From positions 10,973,045-11,037,044 of the forward strand of contig CM119267.1 in NCBI GenBank assembly GCA_051294375.1: a stretch of 64,000 nt of DNA. Direction: 5' to 3'. The notes under the pieces were generated by a model. It was not told where the DNA came from, did not search any database, and was given only the letters and a program-made list of their open reading frames with translations. Shown here piece by piece: positions 56,101 to 64,000 of the stretch. Every line of letters begins with the position of its first letter. The first letter of the stretch is position 1. The position numbers and the translations under genes were made by a program. Origin of the DNA: Paraspadella gotoi (taxonomy: Eukaryota > Animalia > Chaetognatha).

Positions 56101-59100
56101 TCGTCATCTTTAGCTGGCATGATGGCTTCACAAGATTTGAAAGTAGTTGTTGGCGCTCTTCAAATGGCTGACATACTCATGCAAAAGTTGCCTGAAGTTT
56201 TCTGTATTTATTTTCGGAGAGAAGGGGTTATGCATCAAGTCAAGTCTCTCGCTGATCCCAACGTTCCTGTCCTCGCCTCGCCGATGAAGGAATCTCCCTC
56301 AACCTCGATGGCGATCGAAGGAAACCACCACGTTCCCTCATCTCGTTCACTCTCGCTCGTCGGGGCCCACCGAGAAGCTTTGCCCTTCATCCAAAGTCAT
56401 CCTGGAAAATCGCCGGTTGTCGTATGCTCCACGTCCGCCTCTGGAACTAGCTCGTCGACCCATTCGATAGTGTCACCCCTGGATACAATAGCCACTATGG
56501 CTGGGTCCTCGATGAGTTCTGCCTCTCTGTCTACAGCACCCACAAACGCCGCTTTAGTTTTATCTTTGCAGTGCCCCCGTCCTTCCACTACTATGACGAC
56601 GTCGACGATTATGTCTCCACCGATGCCCGCTGCGCTGCCTCCTGCGGGAGCCATACATGCTCTACCACATCCGCCTCCGCTTTCAAGCCAACCAAGTGAG
56701 TCATTCAGAATGAAAAAAAAAACAAATTGTTTATTTTTCTCAAATTGTCATTATTTAATTTAATATGATAAATTTTAGGTGTTACATCCGCGCATCCTCC
56801 GGCCGCGATTGCTTTTCTTTCTCCACCTGCCTCACAATCGACCCCGGCGCCCTCGCGAATGCCCGTGCCGACGCCGCAAGTTTTGGAGATGTATATACCC
56901 GGAGTGACTTCACAGGGCCAGGGTGTGAATATTTTTTGCGGTCAGCCAGGTCAGTTGGTGGCTCCTGTACAGCCCGCAGCCAACACTCATCCCGTAAGCA
57001 TTGGGAGCAGCCCAGGTTCAGTTCCTCATCCACAACACGTTCCAACGTCCGCCGCAATTTACCAAATGAATCAACAGTTTCTCACCGCCGCTACGGCTTC
57101 GTCGATGACGTCTCAGGCTGTGATTCCTGGCTCGATGTATGTTGCCAATCCAGTAGCCGCCTCCTCCATTCGCCTTCAACCACAACAGCCCCAACCGCCC
57201 GACGGTTTGGATCTTCAGCCGCTCGAGCCTCCCTCCGGCCTCATCTCCTTTCCAGGGGGGGCGCAGTTCCCAATTTTAAACGGAAGCAGCATCGCCATTT
57301 CTAGTATAGCCTCCTCTGGGTCCCCGTTCGTGACCGGAATATCTTCCTGTGGCGCTAGTTGTTTACCGTCTGATCCAGGTATCGCGAGAGCACCCTACGC
57401 TACGAGGCATGGTACGCCCTCGGCCGTGTCCGGCGATAACCCTGACCCGTCCCCATTGCGCCAGAGGTTGAGTGATGTGTTGAAAAGAAAGAAGCCTTCA
57501 ATCGCAAAACGATCCAATTTGAGAAGGTGAGCTCTAATTTTGCGCGGCAATATTTTGTGTGATTATCAAATAAATTTTTACACTTCATACACAAGTCTTA
57601 AGCTTAAAATGTCATTTTCACTTAATTTTAATAGTACTAAATATAACCCGTGCGTTATGAGACAATTTTTATTTATTCATTTATTATTATTTAATCATTT
57701 GATTAATCATACAAATTAGTATTTTTATTATTTCTGAATCTCAGAAGCCGAATGGACGAAGGCGCTTTTTCCGCCATTGGAGAGTCGTTACCGCCATCGG
57801 GTTCTTCGCCTGGGTCGTCGATGAGCTGTTTTTCCAGCACTAATTCGGCTAGATCACAGACACGATCTATGGGATTAGGCCGCGCCTCGCCCATTGCCAC
57901 AACATGTGAGTTTGATAATGAAATTGCATTAATTGGTCATTTAATTCATACATCCAATCGTCCATCCCTTTTTCGTAATACAGCTTCCTTGTCTTCTCAC
58001 GAAGCCACTGTGACGTCCTCTAGTAAGACGTCTTTCCTCTCCCACTTGAATCCGGCCCATTGGGGACGCGCTCGGTCATCCATCACATCCCCGAGCGGAT
58101 CTATCGGTGAGTGAGAATTGACCCTTTTTTTCTCGTCCATGACAAGATGAGGTTAATGACCATTTTTGGAATAATTAAGATATTATAGGATTTTGTGTTG
58201 TGTTATACAACCAAAAAATCATTTCACCATTAGCCATTCTTTACGCTAAAATTATTTATACGTTATACAATTTATCCTATCCCAAGTAAACCGATCGCCT
58301 AGTGAAACTATAGCCCTATTTTCTTAAATAAATTTTTTTAGGTGCGATGAGCTATCTTCATCAAAGTGGGCACTACGATAATCAAAACGCCGGAACGTCT
58401 ACTTTCGTCTCTTCGCCTGGTTCTCGGTAATAATATCTTGACAAGTTAAATTCCCAAGAACTCTTTTGTCTAAATATTTTCCTATCCTCTCCAGGCTTCC
58501 GACTCGCAGTTCGTCCATCACCAACAACAAGGAGAAAATCAAAGAGTGGATCAAGGATCAGGCGATCAAAATGAACGATAATTACTTTCTGCCGTCACAC
58601 CTGACTTCGGGTCTTGGCGACGCTCACCCGGGACTCTCTGTTCTGAATCGTCTCAGCGATGCCGCTCGAAAACTTGATCCGTGTGAAAAGTAAGTGGCAA
58701 TGATTTTTTTTTATATGGAACGAGCGTTTACAAGATGACAATTTAAAACCCACCGCTAAAAAAATGTAACCAACGAAAAAGTGAAGAGATATTAAAATTT
58801 TTGTTAGAGATTCGTAAAGACAAGACGTATATTTTTAATATATATATAAATAATTAAATATCATGCCTCTCGGTTTACTTTTACTTAAACAGTATCAGGT
58901 AAAAGATTGTTTGGAAAATGATCTACCCTCTCAATAGCTTAATATTTTAGAGTAAAAAATTTTAGTCTTACGACGATTTATAAAAATTTATAAAGAAATA
59001 AAGCAATAATATTGATATTGCCTGAAAGCCCTTAAAAATCTGTATGCTGTGATATATTGTATATATATATTCGATTCTGTAGTATTAAAAATATCTTCTT

Positions 59101-62100
59101 GGGGCCAGATAAAAGTTAAAAAGGTATAGAATTATTACCATTTTATTTTTAAGAACATTCAATGGCAAGTTATCATTAAAGGAAAAACTCATTGTTCGGC
59201 GATTCCATTCTAGCAGTGATCGCCCGTTCCTCAGATCCGGTTCCACTTTCGGTGAGGCTGATACTCCGACGATGGTATTTCTTTTAAGAAATTATAATTA
59301 ATATTCCTCATTCTATCTTTAACGAGCTTTCTTGTGATACCCTTATTAGTACAAATTAATGAGATTATGATGGCTTAACAGAGCCATGAATTCCAGGTTA
59401 CGAATTTCCCATTATTTCTGATTGGAAAGCTCGAATTTGCTTCTTATCTCATTTCGCTCATTACGAACTCAAAACAAAATCAATTATAAAAAAAATCATA
59501 CAAAAAATGTATGTATTTTGTTTTCATACATCTATTTTTAAAATGTTAAAATCTCTACACATTTTCGTGTGGTGAATTTTTCATAGCAGGGGGTTTCAAA
59601 TAGTCACGAATTCAATTCATTTTTCCAGCGTTGAAAAAATTTTGCTCGACGTGAACGTCGACAACGTTCCACCAGTAGACGATAATGCTTGTGAAGGATT
59701 AAAAGAGTCGGCGTAAGTAATGTCTGAACAATGCAAAACCCTTTCGAAACAATAAAAGGCTTCACCATCGATACATCTAGTTCTACATCCCATAAAATTT
59801 TCTCTTTCAGTCTGTCGCAGTCAACGTTTAACAGCTTATTGGAACTGGTCACGATTCTCGTCTACGACGACGTTTCCCCTTTCGAAGTTATGCACTCGGG
59901 CCTCGTCCCCCGTTTGCTCAAATTCCTCACGCAGTCCGACTCTTCCAAGGGGGCCAACCGCGGAGTTCCCCGTCGCTGGCGTCTTCAAGCTTTCCTGCAT
60001 CTTTTTTTTGATTGCCCCGCGCCCGAGAGCCGTCTGCTCAGGGGTTCCCGCGGCTGCGACGCCTTCGTGGATTCTGACGGGCCCGCTACCACCAATAACA
60101 ACACGCTGGCGGCGTTGCGCTCGTCCCTCCCAAGGGGAACGGACGCCACGTCGACGAGACTTTCGACGGGAGGCGGGCGGTCGAGTAGTACATCCATCGC
60201 TCTGCTCCTAACGAAACTCAATGGTTGCGTCAACCAAGTTGAACAATTTCAAGTCAAACTCCACGACGTTCCCGGGGGTCTCGGACGCAGCGGGAGCAAT
60301 GCTCTTAAGTTTTTCAATACTCATCAAATCAAATGCAACCTTCAACGTCACCCCGAGTCACGGCAACTGCGACAGTGGCACGGTGGACCAGTCAAGATTG
60401 ACCCCTTAGCGTTGGTCCAGGCGATCGAACGTTACTTGGTTGTCAGGGGTTACGCGAGACCGAGGACCGATCCAGAAAATGACAACAGCGAAGATGAAAA
60501 TTCCGGTAAACGAATTAAGTCCCTTAAACTCCACCTTTAGACTTAGGGTCCTGATATGGTTCCACCTTAGCCTTTTGTGGCCATTAGAGCGTTGTGAAAT
60601 TCTAAAGTCAATTATGAACAACGTACCACTGGTACCAGTGAACATTAATTTATTAAAAAAAAGTAGTTTTTTTTTAATTTTCGCAGAGACTATATTTATA
60701 TATAGTACTTATAAAATACTTAAATTTAAAAATGTTATTTCTTTATTTTCTTGGCAGATTTGAATTAATTGTTAAAAGTTGATAAAATATATATCATTAT
60801 AAAAAATTCTTTCATAAAGTGGGTTAAAAATTTAAAAAAACTATATTTAATTTATAAACAATTAATTTTCAACTTCAAATATAAGTTTTTCTGAATTTTG
60901 GACAACTTAATGAAAGATTTTTTAAATAAGTTTTATTTCTTTTTATAAACTTTTCATGACGAATTTAAATCTGCAAAAAAATCTTTCAAAGAACCATTTT
61001 GAAATTTTAAGATTTATAGGGTTAGTGCTATTTATAAATATAGCCCACTGCTAAAATTACAAAATTCTTAATAAAATCTTTTTATGCAATAATGTTCATT
61101 AGTACAATGTTATTAATTTTTTACTTTTAGAATTTTAATTAAAGTTAAATTTAGAATTTTAACTACAATCCTTTATTTATGCTCAGTTAATTTGAGAAAA
61201 AGGATTTCTTTTGATAGTATTCCGGGACGGTAATGATATTTTTTGTTTTTAGACGATGATATTGATGACACGATGGCGGCGGTCTTCATCTCCCATGGTG
61301 GTCAGCAACGCCATAGGTTGGAATTGATTTATAACAATCACGTCCTCCCTTACAACATTACCGTCTATCAAGCCATCCGCCAATTCAGGTATTTCATTTT
61401 TTGCATCTTTTTTCATTTTGTTAAAGAAAATGTGTTTGCAATAAATGTTAAATTTTGTTGATGTTTTCAGTCTTGGTTCCATGGGCGACGACGGTAGTGA
61501 AACCGACACCGACACGGAAGGAGTTAGTGCTTCTGGTCCTTCTGGCGGCAGTCGTCACAATATTTGGAACGTGACGCATACTATTTGGTATCGTTTGGCT
61601 CCTGTACCGCTCTCTGTGTCACCAAGTGTCGCTCACGCTCAAGCGGCCGCACATCAGCTAGTCGACGCCTCGCAGCTGCTCCACCACGCTTCGGAGGCGT
61701 CACCACACGGAGCTTCCTCCGATGTAGGCGCGATATCGTCGTCTCCGCTGCCCGGTGGCGTAAACGCTAATCTCATTCCTGTTGTAATGGCGCCGAACCT
61801 CGCCACGGCTCATACGCTTGCCTTAGCTCCACCGCATTTTGCGGTTAATTCCTCGGCGCTATGTGGACAAAACGTCGGCGGAAGCCCTATTGGTAAGCTT
61901 TTATCCGGCAAACCTGTTGCATAAGTTTTCAGATTTATAAAAATAGTCTGGAAATTATTTATATTCATATATTTTGTAGTAGTACTCATATTCACACGCT
62001 TATATCCTACTCCTCACTTTTTCATTGGGCGATTATTCTTACGTAAAAATGAAGAGTGAAGATAGGGAATTCAATGTATTTTGGCGGTATATTCACACTG

Positions 62101-64000
62101 CCTCACGTCCATCATCGTTTAGCCAATCCCAATGGCTCAGAGGGAGAACACACCATCCCAGGCTTTGTGTTCCATCCTCAGTCCTAACGACTTCCCTCTG
62201 CGTTGGCAAAGCGAGACCGTCCTAGGGTAACCGCGCCAGTGACTGGAGGCTTCACTGAGTGTCGGAAGCCCCCAAAGCCAATGGGCATCACAGGCAACCC
62301 GGCTGTTACCATAGTATCATTAAATATTTAACGTTCGTGCTCTTTATTTTTCTAGGTTTTCCGTTATCCAACTCGTCCTTGGGAGCCGTAAGTACCTCAG
62401 GATCAATTAGTCAAAGCAAGAAGGGCTCTCGCAGCGGCGCTGGCCAGAAGAATGGCCTCAGTCGAAACAAAAAAACTGATGTTCTCTGGTCGGAAGGAAA
62501 AGTTCCGACTCCGAACTCTCCTTTAGATCCATACTTGGTTCCAAGGTTTGTTCCAAAGACTCTTACTTATCTCTATTTTGTCTCTTATACTGATTTTATT
62601 TCCTCTCGAATCGCTGAAGATTCGTGTAACTTTTAAATTCCTATTTTAATTTTCGCCTTTTAGGTTACCCTCCGTAACCGTGGACGATCCATCCACCGAC
62701 ATCCTGTCACTCAGTCGCGTTCTTCACGCTCTCAATCGTCACTGGACGCGAGTTTACCGTCGCCAGCAAACTACGCCTCCGCAGCGTAAAATCAATAATT
62801 CCGAGTTTGTCAATCAAAAATTGGCTTCCAAAGCCAATCGCCAACTCCAGGTTCGTAGTCCTCTCCGCTAAACTCGACTTTTTAGGCCTATTACTTAGAT
62901 CTCTCTCTCCCTCTCTCTCTCAGGATCCGTTGTTGATAATGACTGGACATTTGCCGAGCTGGATCAGCCAACTGGCGCACTCCTGTCCTTTCCTCTTCCC
63001 GTTCGAAACGCGACAGATGCTCTTCTACGTGACGTCGTTCGATCGTGATCGCGCCATGCAACGGCTTCTCGACACGACGCCCGATCTCAACTCGGCCGAT
63101 ACCTCCGAAAGGGTCACACCAAGGTTTGTCATCTATCATAATCAAGCCGAGCGTAATTTGTTGAGACGAAGAGAAAACATCTGTCGAAAAATACTAAACT
63201 CTCAAGTAGCTTTTTTTAACTTTATATATAGGAAAAACTAACGTCAATTAAGCTCCCAGAAAAAAGTTTTGAAAAAAATCAAAACTTAAAACTTTTAGGA
63301 TCGAAAAGCGATGAATTAACCTGTTCGCTTATTATGCAATACCCGTTCGCTTTCTGTTAGGTTGGAGCGCCGAAAGAAGACAGTGTCCCGCGAGGATCTC
63401 CTCAAGCAGGCCGAGCATGTGATGCAGGAAGTAACAAGTTCCTCGTCACATAGTCGGGCGATTCTGGAGATTCAATACGAAAACGAAGTAGGAACAGGAC
63501 TTGGCCCCACGCTTGAATTTTACACCCTCGTGTCTAAGGAGCTTCAGCGTGCCGATTTAGAATTGTGGAGAGGGGATTCTCTAGTCCTGTCGCCCGAGGG
63601 TAAGCGTTGAATGTCAAATCGTAAAAAATAATTAACGATTTACTTTTGGTTTGAAACCAAAAGGCGCGAAATCTAAGTTGGTTATTAAGTCTGATTTTGA
63701 TTATAAAGTTATGAAACGCTCATCTTTTTAGAATCAAGTTTGGACAACCACGGCGATGATTCTAAGCGATTCATATATTCTCCTACCGGTCTTTACCCGT
63801 CTCCCGTGGGCAGGAACACAAAGTCATCGCAGATGACAAAACTGAAAAATAAATTTAGGTGCATATTATTACATATTACTTGTTTTTTAGTCGGGTCTGC
63901 TTATCGCAGATTCCGTCTCTATAATTCACAATGTCGGCCCGTCGGTCCCACCCCAAAATCTTGTCGGTAAATAATTTTTATCATATCAGAATATCGAATT
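53191..64000 (+). CDS. TRIP12: E3 ubiquitin ligase TRIP12/ctrip (disordered N-terminus, ARM, WWE, start of HECT); incomplete at the window end
   Basis: [132 protein letters not shown] 3.5-kb coding exon to 56695 is followed by GT-AG exons to at least 63858. Confidence 0.97.
62095..62310 (-). other. GC-rich structured element in a TRIP12 intron (SINE/LINE 3' end or ncRNA)
   Basis: Nested stems: GGTAAC/GTTACC, GCCtGTGA/TCACtGGC, GGGGGCTTC/GAAGCCTCC, CAGAGGGA/TCCCTCTG, GAACAC/GTGTTC, AGTC/GACT. Confidence 0.45.

Overview
AT-rich, intron-dense invertebrate animal genomic DNA from a draft scaffold, with two N gaps near 5.4-5.75 kb. Genes: two copies of SEC61G (probably a haplotype/assembly duplicate), a divergent B-type/cyclin-P-like cyclin, an ANKAR-like gene, an intronless SNAP-25, flotillin-2, a shortened agrin, and most of the TRIP12 HECT ligase, which runs off the right end. 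Exon structures were traced by hand from splice motifs and reading frame. Highlights: (1) a 630-bp miniature LTR retroelement (TRIM) with PBS and PPT whose LTRs contain a tRNA-like module; (2) an intact minimal hammerhead ribozyme in a flotillin intron plus a decayed second one; (3) unusual flotillin-2 splicing: twin 52-nt mutually exclusive exons, a ~365-nt AG-free zone, a candidate poison or micro exon and a candidate alternative first exon; (4) a probable GA-AG and a GC-AG intron in agrin; (5) structured RNA elements in the SNAP-25 3' region and a TRIP12 intron. No searches or folding programs were run; family calls rest on recalled motifs.
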